The position numbers and the translations under genes are program-made. A DNA stretch of 64,000 bases from Solirubrobacterales bacterium (lineage in GTDB: Bacteria; Actinomycetota; Thermoleophilia; Solirubrobacterales; 70-9). Where the stretch lies: contig JAGQUT010000008.1 of NCBI GenBank assembly GCA_020438355.1, positions 20,683-84,682 of the forward strand, in the 5' to 3' direction. The notes below the pieces were generated by a model. That model was not told the origin of the DNA and searched no databases. It worked only from the letters and a program-made list of their open reading frames with translations. Position 1 is the first letter of the stretch; each line of letters opens with the position of its first letter. This document shows positions 18,044-27,630 of this stretch, one piece after another.

Positions 18044-18760
18044 GTGAAGAAGCTTGTCTTCATTCCAGCCTGGAACGAGGAGCAGTCGATCGAGGCCGTA
18101 ATCGCCGATGCCCGCGAGCATGTGCCGGGGGCAGACGTGATGGTCGTCGACGACGGTTCCACCGACCGGACTCCCGAACTTGCCCGGCGGGCCGGAGCCC
18201 TGGTCGCGTCCCTGCCCTTCAATCAGGGCGTCGGAGCGGCTCACCAGACCGCCTACATCTACGCGCTACGGCACGGGTACGAGATCTGCGGCCAGCTCGA
18301 CGGTGACGGCCAGCACCCGGCTTCCGAGGTTGCGCGCCTGATCGAGGCTGTCGAGGAGGGCGCAGACCTGGCAGTCGGGTCAAGGTTCGCCGATGACGTC
18401 AACCCGGACATCCCCGAGTACCGCTCGACGTTCGCCCGGCGGCTCGGCCAGCGGCTCTTCAGCCTGCTGGTGTCAACCTCCACGAGGCAGACCTTCACGG
18501 ACACAACGAGCGGCATGAGGGCACTGAATGTCCGTGCGATGGAGATGTTCGCCGAGCGCTATTCGTCCGAGTTCGCCGAGGTAGAATCGCTTCAGCAGGC
18601 GGTCCGGGCGGGTCTGACCGTGAGGGAGGTGCCGGTCCACATGGTGCCCCGCGAGCACGGCCACTCGTTCATCACCCCGCTCACTTCGGCCTTCTACATC
18701 TTCAAGACCCTGGTCGTGCTCCTGATCGGCCAGCTCCGGCCCCGACAGGTGGACCAGTGA
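18044..18760 (+). CDS. family-2 glycosyltransferase (polyprenol-phosphate sugar transferase-like)
   Basis: VKKLVFIPAWNEEQSIEAV, VVDDGSTDRT and QLDGDGQH. GTG 18044 chosen as start; the longer ORF would overlap the divergent kinase gene. Confidence 0.85.
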   Translation: MKKLVFIPAWNEEQSIEAVIADAREHVPGADVMVVDDGSTDRTPELARRAGALVASLPFNQGVGAAHQTAYIYALRHGYEICGQLDGDGQHPASEVARLIEAVEEGADLAVGSRFADDVNPDIPEYRSTFARRLGQRLFSLLVSTSTRQTFTDTTSGMRALNVRAMEMFAERYSSEFAEVESLQQAVRAGLTVREVPVHMVPREHGHSFITPLTSAFYIFKTLVVLLIGQLRPRQVDQ

Positions 18761-19167
18761 ACTTTCTACTGGCAGCAACCGAGCCGGTCGTCCGGCTCAC
18801 TCCCCAGGCACGGATCCTCGCGGCAGTCCTCGCGATTGCCTTCATGGTTCTCATCCTTGACCTGATCCGTCGCGACAAGCTTCTCGAGCGCTACTCGATC
18901 GTCTGGTTCCTGCTCGGCATCGGCATGCTGCTCGGGGCGATCTTCCCGATCCTGCTCGAGTGGCTGGCCAAGGCGATGGGCGTTCGGGACGTGACCATCG
19001 CTCTCTTCTCGGTGACCCTGCTGATCCTGCTCGCTCTCTCCCTGAACTTCTCGGTGATCGCCTCACGCCAGTCGAAACAGATCACGCGGCTGGCGCAGCA
19101 GTCCGCGATCGACGGAGTGGAAGAGGAAAGCGCGGAAACGGAAGAAGCCGAAGCGGAAGTGCGCTAG
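18757..19167 (+). CDS. DUF2304-like small membrane protein
   Basis: LDLIRRDKLLERYSIVWFLLGIGMLL pattern and a GTGA overlap with the preceding GT2 gene. The GT2/DUF2304 pairing is common in actinobacteria. Confidence 0.7.
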   Translation: MNFLLAATEPVVRLTPQARILAAVLAIAFMVLILDLIRRDKLLERYSIVWFLLGIGMLLGAIFPILLEWLAKAMGVRDVTIALFSVTLLILLALSLNFSVIASRQSKQITRLAQQSAIDGVEEESAETEEAEAEVR

Positions 19168-20264
19168 TCGCGGAGGGCTTTTTCGAGACGGAAGGCGAGG
19201 GCTTCCAGTGCGAGTTCCTCGCTGACGTTCAGCTGGAAGCTGCGGCGGGTGCCCTGGATCAGCGATACGGCTTCCCTGGCCTGCGGAAGTTCGACCTCCC
19301 CTGCCTGCTGTTCGAGAATCGGGATCCGGTCGGAGTTGAAGACGACGCCGGTGGCACCGGCGGCCACCGCGGCCCAATCGCGTGCCCATGCTGCGGCGAG
19401 GTGCAGCCCGAGGTCGAGCATGCCGGTGCGGGTTTTCCTCTGGGCCCGGCGAACCGCTTCCTCGATCTCGGTCTTCGTGTGCTTGATCCCTTCTTCCTTC
19501 TCCTCGTCGAACTCGGCCTGAACCAGTTCACCGGAGTGTTCTCCCGCTGCCTTCGACTGAACCAGCAGGTCGAGCCAGGGCGAGCTCGCGAAATCATCTT
19601 CGAGCGCGGCCTTCATCAGCTTCTCCACCCCCTTGCGCAGCTCGGCGCCACGGTTGCCGGCCAGAAACCGGGCCCGGCCGAGGTCACCTCCGGCCAGCTT
19701 CGCGCAGGCATGAAGGGTTTCCGAGGGTGCCAGCCCGTCCAGTTCCTCTTCGATGACCTCTGGCGACAGCGCTCCGAACTCGATCAGCTGACACCGGGAG
19801 GCGATGGTCGGCAGAACGCCTTCGCTCTCGGCGGAGAGCAGGATCAGGTGGGCGTGCGGAGGAGGTTCCTCAAGGGTCTTCAGCATCGCGTTCTGGCTCT
19901 CCTCGTTGAGGGCATCGGCAGCTTCGATCACGAAGACCCTGGCCGATCCTTCAAAAGGGCTGAGCGGTGCCTGGTGGATGACCCGGTCGCGAATGTCCTG
20001 CACCGCATGACTCATTCCCTTCGGGGCAAGCCAGACGAGGTCGGGATGCGGTGAAGGTTCGAGCAACGCCCGGCGACGGGCATCCTCCGGGTCGTCGTTA
20101 CCGACCGTGAGGATCTCAGCAGCGAAGGCCCTCGCCGCTCTCGCCTTGCCTGAACCGGATGGCCCCCGGAACAGGTAGGCGTGGGACGGGCCCTGGTCGA
20201 TTGCCGCCTTGAGTTCGGCCCCCGCCCGGGGTTGATGCGACGTTGCTTCCGCCAGGTCGATCAA
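19164..20264 (-). CDS. holB: DNA polymerase III subunit delta'
   Basis: HAYLFRGPSGSGKARAARAFAAEIL and VFVIEAADALNEESQNAMLKTLEEPP. Lies downstream of tmk. Confidence 0.85.
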   Translation of the reverse strand: MIDLAEATSHQPRAGAELKAAIDQGPSHAYLFRGPSGSGKARAARAFAAEILTVGNDDPEDARRRALLEPSPHPDLVWLAPKGMSHAVQDIRDRVIHQAPLSPFEGSARVFVIEAADALNEESQNAMLKTLEEPPPHAHLILLSAESEGVLPTIASRCQLIEFGALSPEVIEEELDGLAPSETLHACAKLAGGDLGRARFLAGNRGAELRKGVEKLMKAALEDDFASSPWLDLLVQSKAAGEHSGELVQAEFDEEKEEGIKHTKTEIEEAVRRAQRKTRTGMLDLGLHLAAAWARDWAAVAAGATGVVFNSDRIPILEQQAGEVELPQAREAVSLIQGTRRSFQLNVSEELALEALAFRLEKALRD

Positions 20265-20295
20265 CCCGGTCTCCCCGGTTTCTGCACCGCCCAGG

Positions 20296-20889
20296 TCACG
20301 CGGGTAGCCTGGGTTCGACCTCGGCCATGATCAGAGCGTGGACTTCATCCGGGGTTCCGGTCGCATCGACCGGGATGACCCGGCTCGGCTCCCGGCGGGC
20401 GATGTCCTCGTATGCCTCGGCGACCCGCTCCTGGAAGCGGACACCTTCCGCTTCGAAGCGGTCATCGGACTCGGCACGGTCCAGGCCGAAGGCAGGGTCG
20501 ACCTGGAGCAGCAGGGTCAGGTCCGGCACCAGTCCGTCGGTTGCCACTTCGGAGAGTTCACGCACCCGGACGATCCCGAGGCCGCGGGCGACACCCTGGT
20601 AGGCGATCGTCGAGTCGGTGAAGCGGTCACAGATCACGATCCTGCCGATCTCGAGGGCAGGACGAATGACCCGACTGACCAGGTCAGCCCTGGCCGCGCA
20701 GAAGAGCATCAGTTCGGCGATCGGGTCGAGTGGTGTCTCGGGATCGGCGAGCAGTTGGCGTATCCGTTCAGCCGCATCAGTGCCGCCCGGCTCCCGCAAG
20801 GTCATGGCGCTTGCGCCTATCGCCCGGGCGAGCATTGCCGCCTGGGTCGTCTTGCCGGACCCGTCGACTCCTTCGAGCGTGATGAACAC
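20296..20889 (-). CDS. tmk: dTMP (thymidylate) kinase
   Basis: MFITLEGVDGSGKTTQ P-loop, DRF motif and LID region. Confidence 0.95.
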   Translation of the reverse strand: MFITLEGVDGSGKTTQAAMLARAIGASAMTLREPGGTDAAERIRQLLADPETPLDPIAELMLFCAARADLVSRVIRPALEIGRIVICDRFTDSTIAYQGVARGLGIVRVRELSEVATDGLVPDLTLLLQVDPAFGLDRAESDDRFEAEGVRFQERVAEAYEDIARREPSRVIPVDATGTPDEVHALIMAEVEPRLPA

Positions 20890-20898
20890 GCCTTGCCT

Positions 20899-23259
20899 CT
20901 AACCCTTGCTGCTCGAGGAACCGCCGGACTTGCCGGTGCCCTTGCCGCGGGAACCGGCCTTCTTCACTCGCCGCGTACCGAGGTCGGGCGGACTGGAAAC
21001 TCTCGCCGCCACAGTGCTCGGCCTCTTCCCGGTCGACTTCTTCTTTCCCTTCGACTTACTGGCCGGCTTCTTGCCTGACTTCTTTGCCTCGGCTTCGTCG
21101 AGCTCCTTGGCCTTCTTCGCAGCCTCCTGCGCGGCCAGGCGCTCGGCCTTCTTTTCGCGCATTTCGACCATGGTCGGGCAGTCGTCGTTGAAGCAGAGCT
21201 TCCACGGCCGGCCAGCCCGGCCCCGGGTCTTCACGTTCACTCGAGGTGTGCGGTGACAGATCGAGCAGTTCTCTTCCAGAGGTGTGACCTCGTAGAAGTT
21301 CGGCTGAGGCATCGGGAAAGTCTGGTCGCAGGATTCCGGGTTGTCGGCCTCCCACCCGGTGCAGCCGACGAACGACTTGCCGGACTTCTTTGCACGAATG
21401 ATCCGCAGCACGTTCGGCGAGCCGTCTTCCTTGGTGCGTCCGGCTTCCTTGCAGACGATGCAGGGCCCGAGGATCCGGTCCTGATCCATGCCCTCCCAGA
21501 TCATCTTCGAGAGCGCTTCTTCGCCTTTCAGGAGATCCTCGAAAGTCTTGTGGACGAGCTTGCGGCTGTCCTCTACGACCTCTTCCTTGGTCATCTTCTC
21601 GTCCGCGATCTCATCCATCTCTTCTTCGAGGGAAGCGGTCATCGCCGAGGTCGCCATATCCGGCACGTACTCCTTGAAGGCCTCGTACATGGCGATGCCG
21701 GTCGCCGTCGGCTCAGGCGGGTGGTTCCTTACATAGCGACGGTTGTAGAGCTTCTGGATGATGTCGGGGCGAGTCGCCTTGGTCCCGAGACCCTGTTCAT
21801 CCATCAGCTGGACAAGCTTCGCCTCCGAAAGCCGCGCCGGTGGCTGGGTTTCCTTGTCGACAAGCCAGGGCTTCCCGTCGATCGCCAGCTGTTGGCCCTC
21901 TTCGAGCGCGGGGATCTCTTCGTCGGCCGAACGGGCGTAGGTGTAGATGCCGGCGTAGCCGGGATCGACCACGACCTTGCCGCGCACGAAGTAGGTCTCC
22001 GAGCCCGCCTCGATGTCGGCTCGCGTCGACTCGGTCACCATCGGCTCGCCGAAGGTGGCGAGGAAGCGCCGGACGATCAGTTCGTAGACCCTGGCCTTCG
22101 GACCGTCGAGGGCACTCGGGTAGAGCGCGTGGGTCGGGTAGATCGGCGGGTGGGCCGCGTCGAACTTCTTGCCCTGGGTGGGCTTCAGCGGCTTCTCGAG
22201 GATCGGTGCGGCAGCGGCGAAGTCCTTGATCTTGACCAGCGAGCTGATCGTCTTCTCGAGCGGCAGCGAATCCGGGTAAATCGTGTTGTCGGTTCGCGGG
22301 TAGGAGATGAAGCCGTCGTCGTAAAGGTCCTGGGCGAGATCCATCGCCCGCTTCGGGGTGATGCCGAGACGGCTCGAAGCGTCGACCTGGAAGGAGTTCG
22401 TGTTGTACGGGGTCGGGGGCTTGCTCGAAGACTTTCGACTGGTCACCGACTTGACCAGGCCGGGGCTCGAGGTCCCCGCGAGGGCTGCATCGGCTTCCGC
22501 CTTGTCCCAGAACTTGTCGGTCGCGTGGTGCGCCTCGAAGCTCTGGCCGCTCGGATGCTCGAACTTGGCAAACAACTCCCAGAACGGCTTTGGCACATGG
22601 GCGCGACGTTCGAGTTCGCGCTCGACGATCAGGCCGAGTGTGGGGCTCTGGACCCTTCCCACCGAGAGGAAGTTCGCTCCGTAGGCCTTGGCGACGAGGG
22701 AAACGGCGCGGGTGAAAGCCGCGCCCCAGATCAGGTCAATGTCCTGGCGGGCGCCAGCCGCATTGGCAAGCGGAAAGGAGAGCTCGTCCAGGTTGTCGAA
22801 GGCGCCCTCGATCTCCTCTTTGGTCAGCGCCGAGTAACGCGCCCTTTTAAGTGTGGGTTCCAGATCAGGGTTCACTTCGAGGCAAACCTCAAGCGCCTCC
22901 AGCCCGATCAGCTCGCCTTCGCGGTCGAAGTCGGTGCCGATCACCAGCGTGTCTGCCTTCCTGGCTTCCTTCTGGACGGCCTTGATCACGTTCTTCTTGC
23001 CATCGATGGGACCGGTTTCAAGCGGCGCGTCGATCAGCCCGGGGATAAGGTCGAGCTTCCACTGTTTGTATTCCTTCTCCTGCGGAAACTCGCGCCCGAC
23101 GAAGTGGCCGCCGGTTCCGATTACGGCCGTCTCGCCGTCGCCGTCCTCCCAGCGGAACACGGGCACGGTGAAGGATTTTGTCTCGGTCGCAGCGCCGCCC
23201 GAGAGGATCTCGGCGATCTTCTGGGCGGAGTTGTTTTTCTCGGTGATGATCAGACGCAT
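20899..23259 (-). CDS. topA: DNA topoisomerase I
   Basis: TOPRIM start MRLIITEKNNSAQKIA, active-site region ISYPRTDN, Cys-rich zinc-ribbon repeats and a Lys-rich C-terminal tail. Confidence 0.97.
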   Translation of the reverse strand: MRLIITEKNNSAQKIAEILSGGAATETKSFTVPVFRWEDGDGETAVIGTGGHFVGREFPQEKEYKQWKLDLIPGLIDAPLETGPIDGKKNVIKAVQKEARKADTLVIGTDFDREGELIGLEALEVCLEVNPDLEPTLKRARYSALTKEEIEGAFDNLDELSFPLANAAGARQDIDLIWGAAFTRAVSLVAKAYGANFLSVGRVQSPTLGLIVERELERRAHVPKPFWELFAKFEHPSGQSFEAHHATDKFWDKAEADAALAGTSSPGLVKSVTSRKSSSKPPTPYNTNSFQVDASSRLGITPKRAMDLAQDLYDDGFISYPRTDNTIYPDSLPLEKTISSLVKIKDFAAAAPILEKPLKPTQGKKFDAAHPPIYPTHALYPSALDGPKARVYELIVRRFLATFGEPMVTESTRADIEAGSETYFVRGKVVVDPGYAGIYTYARSADEEIPALEEGQQLAIDGKPWLVDKETQPPARLSEAKLVQLMDEQGLGTKATRPDIIQKLYNRRYVRNHPPEPTATGIAMYEAFKEYVPDMATSAMTASLEEEMDEIADEKMTKEEVVEDSRKLVHKTFEDLLKGEEALSKMIWEGMDQDRILGPCIVCKEAGRTKEDGSPNVLRIIRAKKSGKSFVGCTGWEADNPESCDQTFPMPQPNFYEVTPLEENCSICHRTPRVNVKTRGRAGRPWKLCFNDDCPTMVEMREKKAERLAAQEAAKKAKELDEAEAKKSGKKPASKSKGKKKSTGKRPSTVAARVSSPPDLGTRRVKKAGSRGKGTGKSGGSSSSKG

Positions 23260-23452
23260 TGGCTGGCGAGAGTAGCAGGGGCGCCGAATGACAATGGGAC
23301 GATGGCTTCACATCCGGCCGGGAATTGACCTTTCCGTCCCACTGATTTCACCCTCGCTCTAACCTTTCCATATGCCCGCCCAAGCCTATGCCGGAAAGGA
23401 GTGCGTCTGCCAGTACCGCAAGCCGGTCTGCGACCAGACCTGCGTGCGAGAC

Positions 23453-24121
23453 ATGCTGGATACGCCCTTCTACATCGCCTGTCTCAAACTGACCGGGCGC
23501 AGGTGCCTCGTGGTCGGCGGCGGCGAGGTCGGACTGGAGAAGGTCGAAGGACTGCTCGCCTGCTCCGGGGAGGTGACCCTGATCGCGCCAGAAGCGGTGC
23601 CGGAGCTGGAGCGCCTGGCGGAAGAAGGTTCGATCCGCTGGGAACAGCGTGAGTACGGAGGCCGGGAGGACCTCGAAGGCAAATTCATGGTGATCGCCGC
23701 CACCGATGACACAGAGGTGAACATCCGGATCTTCGACGAGGCGGAAGAGCGGGCGATGCTGGTCAACGTGGTTGACGTTCCGCCGCTCTGCAACTTCATC
23801 CTGCCGGCGATCGTGCGCAGCGGCCCGCTGGCCATCGCAATCTCGACCGCCGGCGCATCACCCGCCCTCGCCAAGCGGATGAAGGCCGAGATCGCCGACC
23901 ACTATGGAGAGGACCACGCCCGACTCGCTGTGATCCTCAACGAGACGAGGGGCTGGGCGAAGTCCACCCTCCCGACCTACCAGGATCGCAAGGTCTTCTT
24001 CGAGGGGATAGTCAACGGAGATCCCGATCCGTTGGTCCTGATCCGCGAGGACCGCGAACCCGAGCTGTTCGCGCTGATCGAGAACGCCAAGCGGGAGGCC
24101 GAAGCCTCGCTGGCCGCGTAG
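23453..24121 (+). CDS. precorrin-2 dehydrogenase/sirohydrochlorin ferrochelatase (CysG N-terminal/SirC-like)
   Basis: Rossmann motif [13 protein letters not shown] and [17 protein letters not shown]. Start placed at MLDTPFY (ATG 23453). Confidence 0.8.
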   Translation: MLDTPFYIACLKLTGRRCLVVGGGEVGLEKVEGLLACSGEVTLIAPEAVPELERLAEEGSIRWEQREYGGREDLEGKFMVIAATDDTEVNIRIFDEAEERAMLVNVVDVPPLCNFILPAIVRSGPLAIAISTAGASPALAKRMKAEIADHYGEDHARLAVILNETRGWAKSTLPTYQDRKVFFEGIVNGDPDPLVLIREDREPELFALIENAKREAEASLAA

Positions 24122-24151
24122 CCTTCTACGCATGAACCCGGACCGCACTGC

Positions 24152-25105
24152 ATGATCGACCCCCGTCTGGCCGAGATCGGCTGGCACAAGGACGATCAAA
24201 TCGCCTGGGGTGAAGCCCCCCGGGAAGGGCAGATTCCGGCCCGGGTAGTCGGTCTTCACCGAAATCACATCGTCGATCTGCTCACTGTCGACGGGGAGAT
24301 CGCCGGTCGCCCGGCCGGCAGGATGCTCCAGGACCGCTCTACGGCGACCGCGATGCCGGCAGTTGGCGACTGGGTGGCCGCCCTGCCCGACGGGACGATC
24401 CAGGAAATCCTGCCCCGCCGTAGCGCGCTCGCCCGCCGCAGCGCCGCCGACCGGGACCGGATCCAGATCCTCGCCACCAACATCGACAAGGCGATCGTGA
24501 TCAGCTCACTTAACAGGGAGCACGATCCGGTACGGCTGGAGCGCATGGTGAGACTTGCCCAGGCCTCCGGTGCAGAGCCGGTGATCGGGCTGTCGAAGTC
24601 GGACCTCTCCGACGAAGCCCGGGAACTCCAGACCCGGGTCGAGCAGGCCTTCCCGGACGTCAAGGTCTTCGTCTTCAGTTCGCAGACTGGTGAAGGAGTG
24701 GATGCGGTCAGGGAGTTTCTTGAGCCCGGCGAGACGGTCGTGATGCTCGGCCGCTCTGGGGTCGGCAAGTCGACCCTCGCCAACACGCTGCTCGGCTGGG
24801 AGCGCCAGAAGACCGCGCTTGTGCGTGACACAGATGACCGCGGACGACACGCGACGACCAGCCGGGAACTCTTTCCCCTCCCCGGGGGCGCCCTTCTGAT
24901 CGACACCCCCGGCCTGCGGGCCCCCGGATCAATCGAGGCCGACGACCTGATCCCCGGCTCGGCAGAGTCGGACCTGACCGACGAGCGGGCCCGGGAGATC
25001 GAGCGGCTGGCCGCCTACTGCCGCTTCCGGGACTGCGCGCACGAAACCGAACCCGACTGCGCCGTCAACGCAGCGATCGAGGCCGGCGAACTGCCGGCCC
25101 GCTGA
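24152..25105 (+). CDS. rsgA: ribosome small-subunit-dependent GTPase A
   Basis: Circularly permuted GTPase: NIDKAIVI, LSKSDL and GRSGVGKSTLAN. C-terminal zinc motif CRFRDCAHETEPDCAV. Confidence 0.9.
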   Translation: MIDPRLAEIGWHKDDQIAWGEAPREGQIPARVVGLHRNHIVDLLTVDGEIAGRPAGRMLQDRSTATAMPAVGDWVAALPDGTIQEILPRRSALARRSAADRDRIQILATNIDKAIVISSLNREHDPVRLERMVRLAQASGAEPVIGLSKSDLSDEARELQTRVEQAFPDVKVFVFSSQTGEGVDAVREFLEPGETVVMLGRSGVGKSTLANTLLGWERQKTALVRDTDDRGRHATTSRELFPLPGGALLIDTPGLRAPGSIEADDLIPGSAESDLTDERAREIERLAAYCRFRDCAHETEPDCAVNAAIEAGELPAR

Positions 25106-25127
25106 TCAGTTCAATTGACCCGTGGCG

Positions 25128-26669
25128 CTACTCCGCGGCGCAGGGAATGCCCGAAGTTGTCTGGTTGCCGGGGCCGCAGGGCAGGATGCTCGGACCCTGC
25201 CAGCCGGTTCCGTCAATCAGTCCCTTGATTCCAGCGGCCGACAGTCCGTAGAGGCGCATGGTCAGCCGGAAGGCGGGTTGCGCCGCGTCGCCGGCCGGCG
25301 ACGGAAGCCAGTTGCTCACCTGGTCAGGGTCGGTGGGCTGGTTCGGCTGAACGTAGATGTCCAGTGACCCGTCCTCGTTGTACTTCAGCTTCGACCGGTC
25401 ATTGACCAGGTACCTGTCAATCGGGTTGTCGACGAAGAAGCTGTCGTTGTCGTAGAGGGTGAGCGACCAGAAGAACTTCACCGGCGGCTTCGCCTGGTCG
25501 GGGTCGAAGTGAACGACGTAACGCTTCGCACCGGTCAACGGTGACTTGTTCCGGTCCATCAGCGCGACCGGGTAGACCGCCACGTTTGGCAATGGCGCTC
25601 CGAGACCGAAGCGGGCGATCTGGGCGCGTCGCTTGTAATCGGTCCCGTAGGTGCCCGTGCGGGCAACCAGCCAGCCGTTGTGGGAGTCGAACTCGGCGAA
25701 GTAGGTGCTCAGGAGTCCCGACTGCATGCGGGCGGGAGCTCCGGTGACCACATCACGAAGGGCCGCCAGCTGCGGATCGCTCAGCTCGCCATCGGCGACC
25801 GGAGTCAGGCCGGGCCCGATGCCGAGAGTCGCCTTCATCTCGTCAAGTATCGCCCTGTCACGAGCCGGAGGGGTGAAGCGCTTCAGCAGCGCACCGAGTC
25901 CGTCGAAGTAGCTCGCAGGATCCTCGCCCGGACCGGTCCCGGGGATGTAGTGCTCATTCCTGGTCTGGTCGACCTTGGCCGGCTTCGGGTACCTGTATGC
26001 GTAGGGTCGCTTCGGGTTCCACTTCTTCAGGGGAACGATGCGGAAAGTGTTCTGGACCTTGTAGACGTTGGGAAGGTCCTTCTTGCTGAAGACAAGGGTC
26101 CGGCCGATGATCCAGATCCGGTCGTGGGGCGAGCGGATCAGCTTCAGGCCCTTGGGGACCTTGCCTTTCCAGTTCTTCTTCACTACCAGGTAGTTGCCAT
26201 CGGGTCTCGCGCCCCGTGGGGAGCCGATGTTGGCGAAGTTCTCGGTCCACGGATCGAGCAGCTCGAGCACGTGGTAGCGCTTGGTGCCCTTCTTCGTGTG
26301 GATGACCATGGGACCCTTTCGCAGGTCGAGCCAGGCCATCGAGTAGAGGGTGTCCGAGTTCGGGAGGACCACGGTCCGGTCCTTCGCGTCGGCCAGCTTG
26401 CGGAAATGGCTGAACAAATTGACCGGCCCCGCGCCGCGTCCGTTGGGCCAGTTGATCGAGGTACTGATCTTGAAGGTGCGGTCCATGTCGAGCAGGGGGA
26501 AGCCGTACTCGTAGGCCTCAACTCCCAGCGCAAAGGTGGCGTCGTACTCGGCCTTCTGTTCCGGATCGCCCGGGTCATAAGCGGCCGATGCCGGCCCGGC
26601 CAGGACTGCCAGGGACAGGGCCGCAGCAAGCCATGCGAAAAACAGGGGTACGACGCGACGGTGGGTCAA
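25128..26669 (-). CDS. secreted DUF1254/DUF1214 domain protein
   Basis: Signal peptide, then YEYGFPLLDMDRTF (DUF1254-type) and a C-terminal DUF1214-like region. Start set to TTG 26669, which has AGAGGAGAG SD upstream. Confidence 0.8.
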   Translation of the reverse strand: MTHRRVVPLFFAWLAAALSLAVLAGPASAAYDPGDPEQKAEYDATFALGVEAYEYGFPLLDMDRTFKISTSINWPNGRGAGPVNLFSHFRKLADAKDRTVVLPNSDTLYSMAWLDLRKGPMVIHTKKGTKRYHVLELLDPWTENFANIGSPRGARPDGNYLVVKKNWKGKVPKGLKLIRSPHDRIWIIGRTLVFSKKDLPNVYKVQNTFRIVPLKKWNPKRPYAYRYPKPAKVDQTRNEHYIPGTGPGEDPASYFDGLGALLKRFTPPARDRAILDEMKATLGIGPGLTPVADGELSDPQLAALRDVVTGAPARMQSGLLSTYFAEFDSHNGWLVARTGTYGTDYKRRAQIARFGLGAPLPNVAVYPVALMDRNKSPLTGAKRYVVHFDPDQAKPPVKFFWSLTLYDNDSFFVDNPIDRYLVNDRSKLKYNEDGSLDIYVQPNQPTDPDQVSNWLPSPAGDAAQPAFRLTMRLYGLSAAGIKGLIDGTGWQGPSILPCGPGNQTTSGIPCAAE

Positions 26670-26768
26670 CTCTCTCTCCTCTTTCGGTTCCCTCGGAGGG
26701 CATTCTCCCGACAAACGTGATGCGCGTCAACTACAACACCGCGAGTGGGCGGTGGATGCGGTCCCCGG

Positions 26769-27614
26769 TTATTCGACGGAGTCGAGGAAAGCCGTGAGCA
26801 GTTCGATGACCGCCGGCGGATCATCGATGAAAGGCCAGTGGCCCGACCCGGGGATGATGTGGACCTGGGCCGAGGGGAAAGCACTCCGCTGGCGGTCAGC
26901 GAAGGAGGCCGGCAGATACGGATCGCCGGCGCCCCAGATGACCAATGCCGGAATGTTTGCGGCAGCCAGCAGGGGGATCAGGTTCTTCGAGGTCCTGCCG
27001 ACCTTCTTCATGTCCCGGTAGATGTCGAGGACGGCCCGCCGGGTGCGCCGGTCGTAGTTGTCATACATCTCGTCCACGAACGGCCGGGGCAGGCCCTTCG
27101 GCTCCTGGTTCGAGATGACCCGACGGAACATCGACCGGAAAGCGGCAGCCTGAAGGATTTCGCCCGCGACCGGGGTCTGCCATACCCGGGCGGTGCGGTG
27201 CCACTTGTACCCGGCGAGGATGCCGGTGTTGATCAGGGTGACGCTGGCCACCTGCCCGGTGTGGGTCGATGCCCACTGGAGTCCTATGGGTCCGCCGAGA
27301 TCGTGGAGCACCAGGTGGGCCCGGCGGATCCCGAGCGCTTTCAGGGCATCACCGATGAAGTTGGCGTACTCGTCCTGGGTGTGCTTGAAGCCCGGCGCGG
27401 CTATCGACTGACCGAAATCGGGAATGTCGAAGGCAACTGCCCGCCGCGGGGGAGCAACCTGGTTGACCAGGTTCTCGAAATCCGCCGCCGAACCCGGGTT
27501 GCCGTGGATGAAGACGACAGCCTCGGAAGCCTGGTGTGGACCCGCCTGAAAGACACGGATCCAGTGATCATCAACCGCGATGCTGGACCACTCGGGGCCA
27601 CCTTCGAGGCTCAA
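26769..27614 (-). CDS. alpha/beta-fold hydrolase
   Basis: HGNPGS oxyanion region, nucleophile elbow HDLGG and C-terminal GHWPF. Confidence 0.85.
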   Translation of the reverse strand: MSLEGGPEWSSIAVDDHWIRVFQAGPHQASEAVVFIHGNPGSAADFENLVNQVAPPRRAVAFDIPDFGQSIAAPGFKHTQDEYANFIGDALKALGIRRAHLVLHDLGGPIGLQWASTHTGQVASVTLINTGILAGYKWHRTARVWQTPVAGEILQAAAFRSMFRRVISNQEPKGLPRPFVDEMYDNYDRRTRRAVLDIYRDMKKVGRTSKNLIPLLAAANIPALVIWGAGDPYLPASFADRQRSAFPSAQVHIIPGSGHWPFIDDPPAVIELLTAFLDSVE

Positions 27615-27630
27615 CGACCGGTCTCCCTGC

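Noticed and set aside
20899-21200. Lys-rich C-terminal tail of TopA, and the N/G-rich linker plus Cys finger of NrdJ (31780..32067), as potential novelties.
   Set aside because: Basic C-terminal tails on actinobacterial TopA and C-terminal zinc-finger tails on class II RNRs are already described features. They are noted in the feature evidence only.
23260-23452. Possible cobalamin riboswitch upstream of the sirC-like gene. The region contains GGGAA..., CCCACTG and AAGCCGG...AGACCTGCG strings reminiscent of the B12 box.
   Set aside because: The B12-box-like string is interrupted by 9 nt. It is better explained as a simple hairpin (GGTCTG-cgac-CAGACC). The other conserved elements match only loosely. 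An Infernal scan with RF00174 would settle it; I expect no hit.
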